Shown here: positions 33,853-33,969 of the stretch, one piece after another
Layout: every line of letters begins with the position of its first letter
How positions within the stretch are numbered: the stretch's first letter is position 1
Assembly (NCBI RefSeq): GCF_001194135.2
Contig: NC_068987.1
Coordinates: 39,636,415 to 39,670,383, forward strand
Reading direction: 5' to 3'
Length of the DNA: 33,969 nt
From: Octopus bimaculoides
Lineage: Eukaryota
Position numbers and translations under genes: made by a program
The notes under the pieces: generated by a model
What the model saw: only the letters and a program-made list of their open reading frames with translations
What the model was told of the DNA's origin: nothing
The model's database searches: none

Positions 33853-33969
33853 TACTGAATAAGTGTCACATATTTTTACAGATAAATTCCTCTATTTACA
33901 TAATATCTATGTCTCTTTCTTTCTTTTATTGTCCTTTGTATCTATATATATATATATATATATATATAT

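Overview
This window is AT-rich, microsatellite-dense eukaryotic DNA from a gapped draft assembly. N-gaps lie at 1185-1296, 10712-11033, 15119-15128, 20062-20651, 25111-26103 and 33418-33512. It is almost entirely a nested transposon graveyard, and I cannot support any host protein-coding exon, rRNA, true tRNA gene or CRISPR array. The repeat repertoire looks like an octopus (coleoid cephalopod) genome; this is inferred from pattern recognition, not from a search. Contents: a 1566-bp Tc1 element with a DD37E (TRT-like) transposase and long IR/DR termini; two convergent decayed Helitrons plus non-autonomous relatives; a near-complete Penelope-like RT + GIY-YIG ORF split by an RTE insertion; at least eight RTE LINE pieces of different ages; two R4/Dong-clade LINE fragments sitting in (AAT)n; an R2-Hero-like fragment; three tRNA-SINE families; and two MITEs. 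The RTE family has a PHD-like finger after RT, a tandem-repeat 3' UTR and a (GAT)n tail. The least obvious signals are (i) a type-I hammerhead-ribozyme-like fold at 33783-33852, (ii) the DD37E IR/DR transposon in an apparent mollusc, and (iii) a set of elements that all occupy (AAT)n tracts, with the SINEs in opposite polarity to the Dong LINEs. None of these is demonstrated to be a new biological system; they are the best leads. All alignments and folds were done by eye.
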